Below are positions 38,205 to 52,604 of a DNA stretch of 64,000 nucleotides, one piece after another (the stretch's first letter is position 1; every line of letters starts with the position of its first letter). The DNA comes from Octopus sinensis (taxonomy: Eukaryota), in NCBI RefSeq assembly GCF_006345805.1, contig NC_042998.1, positions 150,226,001 to 150,290,000 on the forward strand. The letters are read 5' to 3'. The notes under the pieces are model-generated. The model saw nothing but the letters and a program-made list of their open reading frames with translations, was not told where the DNA came from and made no database searches. A program made the position numbers and the translations under genes.

Positions 38205-38949
38205 CTATGTATCTATATATCTATATATGTATATATATATAAACTTAATAATCATGGGACGGGAACGCGCCAAGGAACCACTGAACAATATATTTATGGG
38301 TATATTGAATCACGGGTTGGCCATAGATGGAAGCCTTTCTGGATAGGTCTGTTCATTCAGAGTTGATCTAAAGGTTAAACAACAACAATATCAGCAACAT
38401 GAAAACGAAATATTCAGCATATGACCACCGACGAACCTATAGGTTCTAAAATGCTCCTCACGTGTCCCTGTCTTTGATTCCTGCTATTCTCGTTTCTTTC
38501 ATTTTTCTTTTTTCATTTCTCCTATTCTTCGAATTTCTTCCACCATATCTTTTGTTTTATGTTTTATTCTTAAATTTCTTTCCTTTTTTTCTTTTTTTCA
38601 TTTCGTTCTCTATTCCTTGTGCTTTTGTTTTTCTTGAAATTCTTTCATCTTTCTTATCTGCTATCTCTTCAATTCATTTGTGTCGCTGTTGTTGTTGTCA
38701 TTATTGTTGCTGCTACTGCTGTTGTTGATGTCGTCTAATCTTTTATTGTTATATTCTACATTTATCCTTTTTTTGTTTTTCACAAATATTCCTCTTTTAT
38801 TTTACATTATCTCATTCTTTTCCTCCATTCTGTTTGTTCTATCATTTATCTAACATTTCGGTGTTTGTCTGTGTGTCTGCATGTCTATCTGTCTATCTAC
38901 ATATGGCATACTGTCTCTCAATACATTAAGGATCGAGGTGATATGGTGC

Positions 38950-39850
38950 TTTCTATGGCTATAAACAATACACAAGCAGCATCTTCGAGCCGTCTCTATT
39001 TCTAATGAGTTCTCACGGCTACCTCACGTATATAACATGGCTCCCTAGCACTTATATCATTATCAAAGCTGCAAGATTCTTCTTTACCATTAGGAAACAC
39101 ATTAACCGTAAACAGTCGATAAACCTCTCACGGGCTCTAACAGGCTTCGCACTTTAACATTGCTCGCGTGTTTGGGACAGTACTGATACTATAACTAACT
39201 GGCACTCTGTCGGTGAGGATTCTAGTTGATCCGATCAACGGAACAGCCTCCTCGTGAAATTAATGTGTATGTGGCTGAGCACATACACGCGTACCCATAA
39301 CGTAGTTCTCAGAGAGATTCAGTATGATACAGAATGTGACAAGGCTGGACCTTTTCAATTACAGGTACTACTCATTTTTGCCAGGTGAGTGGACTGGAGC
39401 AGCGTGAAATACAGTGTCTTGCCCGAGGGCACAATGTATCGCCGGGAATTGACCTCACGACCTTACGATCGTGAGCCGAATACCTTAACCATGCGCCTTC
39501 ACCGATACTATAACACAAATAACTTAAACCGAATTCCTAAAGAAAGTCATTCGACCCATTGGCGAAAATCGCAGACCGACACCAGCCAACCAATGTCATC
39601 CGTTTCTCCTCTGTATCACTATTACAAAGACGTCTGCTCCTTGAATTAACTGAATATTGTTTCTTCTCCGGGTACCGAACACCTTTCCTTCTCGCGTTAC
39701 CCTTAATCGATTTCCTCTACAAGATACTATAAGAAGCATTTCGCCCATCATTACCTTCTGAAATTCCAATCGCACCTAATATTCCCCGGTAAACACCACT
39801 CAACAGCAATTTCATATGAAGAGCAACTGCATTAATCTCACCAGTGTGGG
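38950..39850 (+). mobile_element. Old L2/CR1-like LINE 3' remnant
   Basis: Degenerate RT-thumb-like peptides (FFTIRKHI..HCSRVWD; SVSPLYHYYKDVCS); interrupted by SINE B. Confidence 0.45.
39196..39503 (-). mobile_element. tRNA/CORE-type SINE family B, 11-bp TSD
   Basis: tRNA-like head, then TTGTGCCCTCGGGCAAGACAC CORE-like block. GATACTATAAC at 39185-39195 and 39504-39514. Confidence 0.88.
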
Positions 39851-40883
39851 ACGGTTTGCAAAGGTCACGTGCATTTCTGTTTCATCTTTGATAGATTATC
39901 GTATAACAACAGTAACCTCTTGGCCGCCATTGTCTCGAGCCCCTAAAATACATTCTTTTTCAAAAGTAGGGAGACCCATTTATATGTACCTCAGTTAATA
40001 CTAGAGATATGGCGACTATTTCGTTGGCTTTCAGTATTACACTAATCTCTAACTGAAGAACGACTATCAGCAATAAAATGGCAGTTTATCCATTAAGGGT
40101 GTATTATCAGTTTGATCTTTCGAATACAGAAGATTAATAATATACTAAATATATACAGTCACATACATAAATATTTAAGGCAAAGTATAAATAATGGTCA
40201 TTACATAGTTCTTTATTGTTGCAAATTTGACTTACAGCTGTTTCCAGTAGTTATTATAGGTTCATTATTGATAAGTTTACTCAGTCAGTCCATTAATCGG
40301 CTTAGAAAATTTGAACGACCTAGAAAATTCCTGCTACTTTCGTCATTTCTGGTTATTAGCAAGCAGAATACTGAAGGAACGATACAGGAAATTGGGAGGG
40401 GAGCAAAGAGAGGCCAGTAAGAATCCGTATAAGGTAAGTGGAAGAGAGTTAAAGAGGAAAGGGGAAGAGAAGTGATGATTTGGAAGAGAAGGACTAAAGG
40501 GCAGAGAAGGAAAAAAAGGCAGAGAGGACGGAATAGGGAGAACAGAAGGGGGGTGCATCAGATAGAAAAAGGAGCAGAGGATGGCCGAAATTAAGGAAAA
40601 AACAGTAAAAAAAATTGCATTGTTTTCAGGTCAAATACTATCGAGATAGTGATTTGAAATTTGATATATGCCACTTGCTCGCATGGTCAGCTTAAATCTT
40701 CAATATTTGGTCATTTGTAGTATTTCATATAGGGAAAGAATTGTATCAGAAAATGAAAGAAAAATCAGCATAATATCAATAATCTTCGGATGGAAGTTAT
40801 GTAACATTAACGGATGTTTACCAGAGTGATGTTTATCCTTTTGAACCAGTACGAAGGTTGATTGAGTTACGAAGGTTGATTGA

Positions 40884-41090
40884 GTCATTTGACTGCTGTC
40901 ATGCTAGAGCATCTACTTTAGTCGAAATAATCGACCCCACGACCTATTCGTTTGTTAAGAGATGGTAGGGGGACAAACACAGACACACAAATACACACAC
41001 ACACATATATACGACGGGCTTTCTTTCAGGTTCCGTCTACCAAATTCACTCACAAGTCTTCGGTCGGCCCTAGGCTATAGTAGAAGACAC

Positions 41091-41093
<3 letters not shown>
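40884..41093 (-). mobile_element. SINE family A, 5'-truncated and internally deleted
   Basis: Family A blocks are recognisable. Confidence 0.7.
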
Positions 41094-41175
<82 letters not shown>

Positions 41176-41178
<3 letters not shown>

Positions 41179-41375
41179 AATACAATAAGAGGCTTCCAAA
41201 TAGGAAAGCGTTGTGCTAGAAAGAGCAGTAGAAATCTCAAGACCACAAAAAAGGATAAATTCACGAAGGGAATGAAAATTGAAAACGTTTACCATCTCAA
41301 CTATTTCCCAAATAGATTTCTACTGTTCTTTCTAGCACAACGCTTTCCTATTTGGAAGCCTCTTATTGTATTTCT
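41176..41375. repeat. MITE-like foldback: 62-bp inverted arms, 76-bp spacer
   Basis: 41176-41237 versus 41314-41375, 1 mismatch. Confidence 0.92.
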
Positions 41376-41461
41376 ATACGAATAATATATAGTCTAATGA
41401 CTAATTCGTTTTTTGTGCTAAGCCACTAGTAATAATAATTTATTATTACCCTATTTTATTA

Positions 41462-41516
<55 letters not shown>

Positions 41517-41924
41517 AAGAAAAGTAAATAGAATTGGAAAAGACACAGAAGTATATTTTAGAAAGAATTTTAGGGGAAGCCAGAGAGAAAAAATGTTTTA
41601 GGTGGGGTATAAAAGTTATCATATGTGTGTGTGTGCGTACGCATGTACACATTTCAGTATGTATGTATGTATGTAATTTTTCAGTTTTATTTCAAGATTT
41701 CTTGCCGAAAGCCGGTTTCTAACTTAGATCTAAGGCTCTTTTATTTCAACAGGATATGTTTGTATGTATGTATGTATGTATGTATGTATGTATGTATGTA
41801 TGTATGTATGCATGCATGCATGCATGTATGCATGTATGTATATATGTTTGTATGTATGTATGTTTGTATGTATGTATGTATGTATGTATGTATGTATGTA
41901 TGTATGTATGTATGTATGTATGTA

Positions 41925-42100
41925 TACGTGCGGATTTATCTTTTGTTTAATGTATGTATTTGCATGCATATAGTTGCATATCTAGACATGCTCATATATA
42001 TTTAAATGATAAACTTCTGGAAAGTTTTACAGATTTTTACACTTCCACTGATGGACTGGATCTGTAATCTTCGAGTCAGCTTTCTCCTTTCTGGTTTCTC
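41925..42100 (-). mobile_element. RLE-type LINE 3' end
   Basis: RKLTRRLQIQSISGSVKICKTFQKFII*; 3' side runs into (CATA)n. Confidence 0.72.
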
Positions 42101-42119
42101 AATGTGTGTGTATGTGCGC

Positions 42120-42192
<73 letters not shown>

Positions 42193-42454
42193 TGTGGTTG
42201 AATGTGTGTGTATGAATGTATATATGTATGTATGTATGTCTATTGTTGCATACGAAATGTTATAATATAGCATTAAAATTGTCGGTAAACTTTAGTTTAA
42301 GGGTTAAAGCACTCAGCTGGTTTCGGAGGATACAGGTTCGACACCCGAACCCACCTGCTGGCATCCATTTTCTCCGTCTTATAAAGGTAAATACCCAATC
42401 TTTCTCTGCTCTCTTACAGTTTTACTACGTTCGAAATTTACTTTCTTATCTGCA

Positions 42455-42491
<37 letters not shown>

Positions 42492-43280
42492 CCACGTTTC
42501 TTTAATTTACCATTTCCTTCCTTGGCACATTTCTCCATTCTTTAGTCTTCTCAATCATGTCTTTATCCCCATTTCCTCTTTCTTCTACCTCAAATCAAAT
42601 CTTTCCTTTCGTTCGTATTCACATTCCTTCTTATCTCTCCGACACATCCTCTTTTTATTTTACATTTCTTTCATTTTTATTCATTCCATCTTCCTTCTTT
42701 CTTATTTAATTGTGTTTCTTTTTTTTTTTACTTTTTATCCTTTCCTTTTTTAAACTTTTATTGTTTTTTCTCACACTTCCGCTTCTCCTATTTATCTTTC
42801 ATGCTCCATTTTTTCCACTCAGATTTCCTTTTCGTGTATTTTACAAATTTATCTAGCGTTTATTTCAATGTTTTCGAAATTGTTTACTTCACTAGTTCAT
42901 TTCAATATGTAACTCCATCCCCACCTCGACACTCGCTGCCATCTTAGATATGGATCTCTTCTATTGAAGGCGACTTCAATGAATGCCCAAATTTAGGCAC
43001 ATCATGCCTGTCACTTTCGAAGCAATCAACTAAATTTGCTACTTTAAGGTAATGATAAAACCTAAATGCTTGCCCTGTAACTCAGAGTAACCACCGAATA
43101 AATCAGGGATTCTACTCTAATAACCTGCTACATGTATTGAGTACGCTTCTCGCCGCCACTTCTAAATGTAAGTAACATGTATATATAGTCATAGCTTTCT
43201 ATCTATTTATCAATCTAGCCGGGTAAATATAGAGAGAGATAGATAGCAACTATTTATCTCTCTATCTATTACATATATAT

Positions 43281-43560
43281 ACTAGCAGAGATACCCGGCG
43301 TTGCCCGGTTACATTCAATAGAAGAATTAGACTTTTCTGTTATATTTTCTGTAATGAACTGGAATACCTATGTTTCGAATTTCATCAAAATTGCAGATGA
43401 GGGTTATTTCCCTCTTTACACACCCTAAAATATTGTAATCGTGCCACATGTATCCTATACTACAGATTTTTATGCGCATATTCCAAAATTCCAGTCTTAT
43501 TGAACCTGTTAAAAGGATTTTGCTCCTGAAAAATGAAGGTCATGGAGCTCTAAAATGTGA
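43281..43560 (+). mobile_element. Helentron-like non-autonomous element 5' part
   Basis: TACTAGCAGAGATACCCGGCGTTGCCCGG start after (TA)n, like the 5' end at 62326-62352. The right boundary is uncertain. Confidence 0.5.
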
Positions 43561-44562
43561 GAGTTAAGGCCCCTATTGGGGGTGGGTATCTTAATGTCAA
43601 CCAGAGAAGTTGAATTGTTGAGAATCTTTTTAACTTGGGTCTTATATCTGTTGTTTGAATTTCTTTGAAATAGGAAATATATGTTCACTGGATTTGCTAC
43701 AGGAAACCAAAAGACAAATGATCACAATAAGCTACCCTACCCTAGTCGTTACCACTCCCAATGTAGGATTCCTCACCATCCAGGTGACAGGCACAGCCGT
43801 AAGATGCATTACGAATCTATAGCAATTGGAAGGTCGTGACCCAACTGAAATAAACATTAACAACTGTGTGACGTGAGGGCTAAGGAGAAATTAAAGTTGG
43901 AGTTTGCAAATGACCACTATATTGATACGTAACTGGACAGAATAAATTTACAATCTTTAAATGTCTTTGAATAACTAGTCACTCATCTGGGAAGGCCTTG
44001 AAATCAATGTTACCATCTGGCGACTATGTGTGATCCAGTGATAATAAAAAGACTGAAAGGAGATCAGTAATCAAATAACTTTACTCAACACTTTGCAACT
44101 GAATCAGTGAAGTCAAAGACGCTTCTCATTTACTTGACAATTTATGCACTACATTGCAGAAATCACAATGTATGTCAAAGCAAACTGTTATACTGTTGTA
44201 CCATTGAATTAGAAATAATGCTCAACTTAAATGCTCGGATAACCCTATAGCTTCCAAGAGCACAAGTGTATTCGTTTTTGCTTAGATAAAATCACAAAAT
44301 TGTGGATGTTAAGTCGTTCTGTGGAGGGGTCGTTCTAACTTGTAAGAAGATGAAATTTTATAAATATTACTTCATTTGTGTCTAATATCTATGGTTAAAA
44401 TGTCATCAACAGCAAAAATATATGAATTGTCATGGGGGATATGGCCCTTATGCATAGAATATAATTTCCAAATTTCATAAAGATCCATTCAGTACTTTTG
44501 ACCTCGTTTTGGATCATAAAAGAAATGACTAAAATTTGGGAGTTATGGCTCCCATTAGGGTG

Positions 44563-44603
<41 letters not shown>

Positions 44604-44900
44604 TAGATAGATAGATATAGATATATACACACACACACACACACACACAAAGATAAATTGATAGATACAACTGAGTGGGCAAACAAAAATATGAGACACA
44701 GCCTAATGCTTTTTTTATGTTGATAAGCCTGGTACTTATTCTATTAGTTTGTTCTTGTGAAACCAGTAAGTTATGTGGATGTAAATAAATGAACACCAGC
44801 TGTGAAGCAGTGATGAGGGAGAAACACAAAGACACACACATAGACTTATATATATATATGATTGATTTGTTTCAGTTCCTGTCTACGAAATTCATATATA

Positions 44901-47603
44901 TTGTTGTTGGCATCCTTTTTTGTCTCGGGAGACAATGGTGTTGCGTATAAAATAATCTAGTAAGGTTTTTACATTTCAATGTCCTAATACATCTCCTGCT
45001 GTGGCTGTGTAGTCCTATCCTGGACAAACACTCCCTCTGGCAGGTGCCGCAAATGTAACGAAGACTTTGCCTGGCTGGTTGTAATGTCATAGTTTCTTGT
45101 TGACGTCTTTTCTTGTCGTTCCATTTCTTTTCTCTCTCTCTATGTCACTCCTTTGTGTTCCCTCTTTTACGTTATGTCGCCAATCTCAACGGTTTCTGGC
45201 AACTGCTTCCCAGTTGGTAATATTAATGTTGCAGGCATTCATGTCCCTTTTGCAAACATCCTTGTATCGTAAGAACGATCTTCCCACAGACTTAGTACCC
45301 CTAGCAAGCTCTCCGCTGAGTATGTTCTTGGGGATTCTGCCATCTTCCATACGGCTAACATGTCCAAGCCATCTCATACGTCTTTGTGTGAGGAGTGCAA
45401 ATATGCTTGGTATTCCTGCTTGCTTGAGGACATCTTTGTTGGGGACTTGATTCTGCCATTTCATGCGAAGGATTTTCCGGAGGCAGGGCAGGTGAAAGAT
45501 ATATAGGCGACGATCTTGGCGTGTATATGGCGTCCAAGTCTCACTTCCATACAATAGAGTGCTAAGTACACATGCCTGGTAAATCTTCATTTTTGTGGTC
45601 TTGGTCAGCTTATTATTGTCCCATGCCCATTTGGAGAGTTGGGCCATCACAGCAGCTGCCTTGCCAATACGTATATTGAGCTCAGCATCAAAGGATAGGT
45701 TGTAGGTGCGGTAGAGCCAAGATAGGTAAACTTCTCCACCTCCGGTAGTCTGTGGTCTACAATTTTGTATGTTTGGGATGTCCGATGTAGCCTGACCAAT
45801 GATGTTGCTGATAACTAAGCCAAAGTTGATACATACTTGCTCAAAACAGTTGATGAGCCTTTGTAGGGCTTCTTCTCTGTGTGATACCAGAGCGGCATCA
45901 TCAGCAAATAGCATCTCCTTGATCAGGACGCTTCTGATTTTGGTCTTGGCATGCAGACGCGAGAGATGAACAGTTTCCTATCACTTCTACTGTGCAGAAA
46001 CACTCCATTATCTGATGTCTCAAAGGCATGTGATAGCAGCAGCGAGAAGAAGATGCCAAATAATGTAGGAGCAAGGACACAACCCATTTTTTATTTGGAA
46101 GGCGGCTGATGTTGAACCATTGTGCTGTATGGTGCCTTGCATATCATCATGAAAGACTTGATGATCCTCAGCAGCTTTGGTGGACATCCGATTTTTTGGA
46201 GCAGGATGAATAGGCCTTTTCTACTTACAAAGTCAAAGGCCTTTGTCAGATCAATGAAGGCCATATATAATGGCATGTTCTGCTCTCTTGACTTCTCCTG
46301 AAGTTAGCGTATGGAGAATATCATGTCAATAGTTGATCTGCTTCTTCGAAAGCCACACTGCGATTCTGGATAAATTCGAGAAGCAAGCAGTTGTAGCCTG
46401 GACAGGATAATGCGAGCAAAGGCCTTTCCAACAGTGCTTAGAAGAGATATTCCACGGTAATTGTTACAATCACCACGGTCACCTTTGTTTTTGTAAAGCG
46501 TAATGATGTTAGCATCCCGCATATCCTGAGGGACTGTGCCCTATCTCAGCACTGACACAGAAGCTCATGAAGCTGCCGAAGCAGGATGGTGTTTTTTCTG
46601 GTTTTGATGATCTCTAAAGGGATGCCGTCTTTTTCTGGAGCCTTGTTACTTGCTAGGGAGTCAATAGCCTTGGTGAGCTCTGCTATAGATGGCAGACTGT
46701 CAAGTTCGCACATGACTTGCAAGATCTTGACACCCTCGATTGCAGCCTCAGCTACCGTGGTCTCCCGTGAGTAGAGATTCTGGTAGTACTCCACCCATCT
46801 ATCCATTTGCTTGCTTTTGTCCTTGATGAGATCTCCAGTGATTGATTTCAGAGGGGCTAACTTGGTTGCGGATGGACCGAGGGCCTTCTTCAAACCGGCA
46901 TACATCCCACGGGTGTCGCCACTGTCAGCAGCTGACTGGATACTCTGACAGATTTCCTGCCAATACCTATTTGCACAGCGTCTGGCAGTCAGTTGTATTT
47001 TATCTCTTGCCTTTCTGCCTTTCGAGTGGCTTTGTAGAAGAATCCCTCTTGTATTGCATCAGAGCTGCACGCTTTGCTTCGATAACTGTTTCCAGCTCTG
47101 AGAGCCCAGCATTGAACCAATCTGCGTTTTGCCTTTCTCTCATGCTGAAAGTATCTATTGATGTGGTATACAAAGCTTCCCTGATATAATTCCACCTACT
47201 TTCAGCAGAGGAGGTTGGGCAGCTACTGAGGGCAACTTTGATAGAAACAGCAAAACATTGTCGCAGTGTAGGGTCCGAGGTTCTGGCAGTTTTAATGCGT
47301 GGTCGGCCCATTTTCTTGGAGTGATGGACATTTTTAGGCAGAATCCACACCCTGCTACTTATTAGTGAATGATTTGTGTCACAATCCGTGCTGTTGTAAC
47401 TACGGGTCAGTTGAACAGAATTCAGAAAGGATCCTCGTGTAATGATGAGATCCAGCTGATGCCAGTGGTGAGATCTTGGATGTCTCCAGGATGCCTTGCG
47501 GGAAGCTTTGTTGGCAAAGAATGTGTTAGTGATGCACAGGTTATGGTATGTGCAAAATTCAAGTAGTTTCTGACCATTGTCGTTCAGGTTGCCAATACCA
47601 AAA
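44901..47603 (-). mobile_element. RTE-clade LINE, 5'-truncated within the APE domain
   Basis: GIGNLNDNGQKLLEFC..SWRHPRSHHWHQLDLII (APE); ITLYKNKGDRGDCNNYRGISLL, FIDLTKAFD, LFADDAAL (RT); C-terminal CGTCQRECLSRIGLHSH; (CAA)n tail. Frameshifted. Confidence 0.95.
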
Positions 47604-47687
47604 CACATACACTTACATATATACATACATATTTATGCGATTGATTTGTTTCAGTTCCTGTCTACGAAATCCTTATATATATATATG

Positions 47688-47728
<41 letters not shown>

Positions 47729-47759
47729 GTATGTATACACACGCGCGCGCGCGCACAAA

Positions 47760-48135
47760 GATAAATTGATAGATACAACTGAGTGGTCAAACAAAAATAT
47801 GAGACACTGCGTAGTGCCTTTTTATATTTTGATAACCCCGGTACTTATTCTATCAGTTTCTTCTTGTGAAACCAGTAAGTTATGGGGATGTAAATAAACG
47901 AACACCAGTTGTGAAGCAGTGGTGAGGGAGAAACACAAAGACATACACATAGACTTACATATATACATACATATACATACAATTGTTTTCTTTCAGTTTC
48001 TGTCTACAAAATCCACTGACACGGCTTTGGTTGGTCTGAGGCTAAAGCAGAAGACACATGCCAAGTTACCACACAGTGGGACTGAACTGAGGACCATGTG
48101 TTTTGGAACCAAGTTTGTTACCACACAGCCACACC
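47760..48135 (-). mobile_element. SINE family A variant; 3' half duplicated at 44645-44900
   Basis: 44645-44900 and 47755-48015 are diverged direct repeats. Confidence 0.75.
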
Positions 48136-48385
48136 TGCACCTATGTATGTGTGTGTGTGAGTGGGTGTGTGTGTATGTGTGTATGGGTGTATATATGTAT
48201 GCATGTATATATGTGTATATATATGTGTACCTATTACATGTACATCTATATATATACATCTAGACATACATGTATACACATACATGTATATCTATAGAAA
48301 TACATCTATACATATGCAGCAATACATATACATGTATACATATACAGCTATATATTTACATATATATATACACACATACATATAT

Positions 48386-48438
<53 letters not shown>

Positions 48439-48469
48439 ATACACATCCATATACATACAATAGAGAGAT

Positions 48470-48830
48470 GTTTTTGTTTCACTTTTAACACGTAATACTG
48501 AAATAGTGGAGAAGATATGATATTGCTATCGGCTCGCTCTCGGCAAGAAGTTGAACAAGTAAGGCATGTGTAAAATTTGAATGGAATTGGTTGTGTAGTT
48601 CTCAAGTTTTAGGGAATTGTAGTGGAGAAGATATGATATTGTTGTGGGCTCGCCCTAGGCAAAAAGTAAAAAAATTTTTTTGCCGGTGACGCTCCCCGCA
48701 CCCTAAGTAAGGCATATGTAAAATTTGAATGAAATTGGTTGTGTAGTTCTGAAGTTTTAGGGAAACACACAGACAGACAGACACACAGACACACAGACAC
48801 ACATTCTCAGTTTTATATATATAGAGATAT
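48470..48830 (+). mobile_element. Helentron-like non-autonomous element 3' part with internal direct repeat
   Basis: 48505-48616 versus 48619-48764; ends (CAGA)n..CATTCTCAGTTTTATATATATAGA. Confidence 0.6.
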
Positions 48831-49824
48831 ATAAACATGTTTTGACATACTAACTGATAGAATCACACAACTATTTGTTGAAATTACATGATCTTATCGA
48901 TATATCCCAGCAGTACTTTTTGGGGGAAAATATATATATATATATATATATTCCCATTATGCAAATTATCAACAACAATGTTTGAGTGGCCAGTTACCGG
49001 GCGACAGAGTAATGGGATAGAATAAACAGAAGGTAGAGAGGTTGATGTCGCTCCCTTTCGTACACATTGAGATAGATCTCGATGCACATACAGCACTGAA
49101 AGGAGAGATAGAAAAGAGATAACCCTGATATCGATTCCAGCTGTTTACTTCTGGGTAATAATTCTAAGTGATAAATACGCAGAATCATCAGGAAGAAACA
49201 TAGTAAGGTATTTGCAACGGCTCAATACGTTCTGAGTTCTAATTCCACTCATACTGACTTTGCCTTTCATCCTTTCTGGGTCGATAAAATAAGTACCAAT
49301 TGATGATATTACTTACCCCTTCCCAAAAATTTCAGGCCTGGTACCTATAATAGAACGTAGGGACGTGCCGTCTTGGTAGGCAAGGTAGGCAGTGTCTACA
49401 TTGATTAAAATAGATCGATATCAACATTTTCCTCTCATGGCAAAACATGCACCTAGTTCAATAGAATTATGAAGGTTAGTCTGATTACAATACATAAAAT
49501 GCAAAATGTTTTATCTTTTTGTAGATTAGGTAGGCATGATTCGCCCATGCCTTTCAATTTCAGTATCAAAGTTACGCATCTTTCTGCTGTGGTACACAAC
49601 ACATGCGGCGCACACTTCTACAATACGGTTTTCTTTAGGTGTCATAAAGGCAAGAATAGCTCTACCTTCGACTCAGGCGCGCCTATCTTTCGCTTATTTT
49701 TTGTGTTTTACTACAAAAAGGTCGACAACTGCCTACCCTGGGTAATTACTGACGGCACGTGCCTGATAGAAATTGATTATTATTATTATTATTATTACTA
49801 TTATTATTATTATTATTATTATTA

Positions 49825-49865
<41 letters not shown>

Positions 49866-49967
49866 TTATCCTTTTGGGGTCGATAAAATAAGTACCGGTT
49901 GGATACTGAGGTCGATGTAATCGATTATGACCCTCCCCCAAATTTCAGGTCTTGTGCCTTTAGCAGA

Positions 49968-50140
49968 ACAGCGCATGCCATCAAAGTGACAATGTAGTGC
50001 AAATATGCGAAGCCCAACGTACCCATCATTACTATCGTCCAATAAGGGTAAACCAAGTACTCAACCATATGTGCATGACAATGGTGATCTCATATCAATA
50101 TAAACAGCGCATGACCTTGCAGGAGGGGCCCAGTTAGAAT
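49968..50140 (-). mobile_element. Short 5'-truncated family D2 copy
   Basis: Homologous to the 3' end of 36391-36931; the truncated end abuts (TTA)n. Confidence 0.7.
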
Positions 50141-50184
50141 TATTATCATTATTATTGTTATTATTATTATTGCTGTTGTTATTA

Positions 50185-50462
50185 TTGCTTTTAATTCAGG
50201 TTTTATTGGAACTTCTAGAGTCTTGCATGCGTAGTGGGCTTGCTACCTGCAGCCAACGGTACCATGCTACCTGTTCTTTCCAGCAATCAAATATTTTCCT
50301 GATGATTCCGGTCATGTCAAGGAGGGTACTCTGTTCCGATTTCCTTTATATTCCTCTTCACACCTTCTGATACTGGTCCCAAAGACTCAACAATAATTGT
50401 CATTATCTTTACATTCTTCATTTTCCATAATCGGGCTACCTCATATTTAAGAGGACTATCTT
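50185..50462 (-). mobile_element. Second R4/Dong-like family 3' end (D4)
   Basis: PLKYEVARLWKMKNVKIMTIIVESLGPVSEG parallels the D1 C-terminus. Flanked by (TTA)n. Confidence 0.6.
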
Positions 50463-50489
50463 GTGATTATTATTATCATTATTTATCAC

Positions 50490-50670
50490 GATAGACGAAA
50501 TACATAGCGGTATTTCGCCCGTCTCTAAGTTCTAAGTTCAAATTCCGCCGAGGTCGACTTTGCCTTTCATCCTTTCAGAGTTGATAAATTAAGTACCAAT
50601 GAAACACTGGTGTCGATGTAATTGACCCGTCCTCTCCTCCAAAATTTCAGGCCTTGTGACTTTGGTAGAA

Positions 50671-50675
<5 letters not shown>
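50490..50675 (+). mobile_element. SINE family C (other partial copies near 49225-49355, 49870-49965, 51060-51130, 54150-54250)
   Basis: TTCAAATTCCGCCGAGGTCGACTTTGCCTTTCATCCTTT block. Confidence 0.8.
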
Positions 50676-51005
<330 letters not shown>

Positions 51006-52604
51006 TTTGAATAATCTTTAGTACGTTACACAAAATGTCTTGCAATATTTACTCCATTATTTCACGTTCTGAGTTCGAATTACACCGAAATCAACCTTCG
51101 GGATCGATAAATAAAGTATCTCTTAAATACTGGGATATATTAAACTGATTTGAAAGGAACCAAAACCGCGACTCTGACCACAACCACAGCTACAACTACA
51201 CATATATAAAACAAAAGAGTGTGTATGCGTTTATGTGATTTGCTGGTACGTCTTAACAGCGGTAATATTCCTTTATCTTCTCCCCTTCAACGTTAACATT
51301 TCCCATTATCACTCTTCCTCTTTCTCTCTTTCTCCCCTTTTTCTCTCTCTCTCTCTCTCCCATTTCTCTCTCTCTATATATATACACACATATGCATGTA
51401 TGTGTGTGTGTAATACCCTTATGTCTTACTTGGTATACGTACATATCTATAAAGCTAAGTCCTTTTAAAGTATATAAAATTAACTGCAGTTGTTGTTGTT
51501 ACTACTGCTGCTGTTGCTGCTGCTTGTACCACTGCTACCAGCACCACTGCTATTGCTACTGCTACCACCGCCACTGCTACTGCAACTGCTGCTGATGTTA
51601 GTTTATACGTTTGCTGGACTGATGTTAACTTTTATTTCCTAAGTTACACGTCAGCGAAATATCTCCGAAAACAACCGGAAGTTATGGACACAAACGGATA
51701 TGTGATCAGAGATTGAGAGATAACGGACATCAGTGGAGGAGCAGTAGAGGGAGGACAGGGGAGATAGGGGGGCCGAGAGGCGGGGAAGAAGTGACGGGAT
51801 GAGGAGGGGAGAAGAGGAAGAGAAGTAGGTTTGGGGATATAGAAACAGTTGCAATAGGGTGGCAGTATGCGAAGACCGTGAAAAAGAGGGAATGAGAAAG
51901 AGAGAGAGAGCGACAGACAGACAGACAGAGAAAGACAGTGAGAAAGACAGAGAGAGAGAGAGAGAGAGAGAGCGATTAGATGAGTGGTTATGTTAAGAAA
52001 GTGGAGGAGGTGAAAGGTAAAGTTGATGACGTAGTTAGGTAGATTATCCTCCCCTGTGATGTGTAAGTTTGCAATGGAAAATAGCGCTATGGGGAGGGTT
52101 TGGAGGAGAGAGATAAAAGGGTTGATGGAGACAATAGGGGTTGTTGGTGGAGTTGGAACCTACGCCCTGTCTGATTGACAGGGGTTAGGAGGTACTTGTA
52201 GTGTGGCAGGAAGCAAACATTCACGTCCGGTTATCAGGGGCTCGTCTACAATAGATCAATACTGTTCAATGATCGCATCATGGCGGTGAAGCATTTGGGA
52301 TTTGATGTTAGTGGCAGCAGCAACAGCAGTGGTAGTGATGGTGGTGGTGGTGGTTATATTGGTATTGACATTAGTAGTGATAGTGGTGGGGTGACGGTGA
52401 TAAAGAAGCGTGTTGTGATCGTGCCAATGTTGTCGCTGATGTCTGTTGTTGTTGTTGGTTTAGCCCTAGGTCTTGACTGATCGAACTAAATATGATCAGA
52501 AACGATCCGGTTGTGACTATCCAGTCGTATTGTCAGCTATATTATACTTAGGATTATATTCTGTATCATGATTTAATATAGTAAGTTGTGATTTATGGGA
52601 GAAT

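Noticed and set aside
40360-40439. Exon ending at a perfect AAG|GTAAGT donor
   Set aside because: Unrecognised peptide, weak acceptor, and it grades into purine-rich low complexity.
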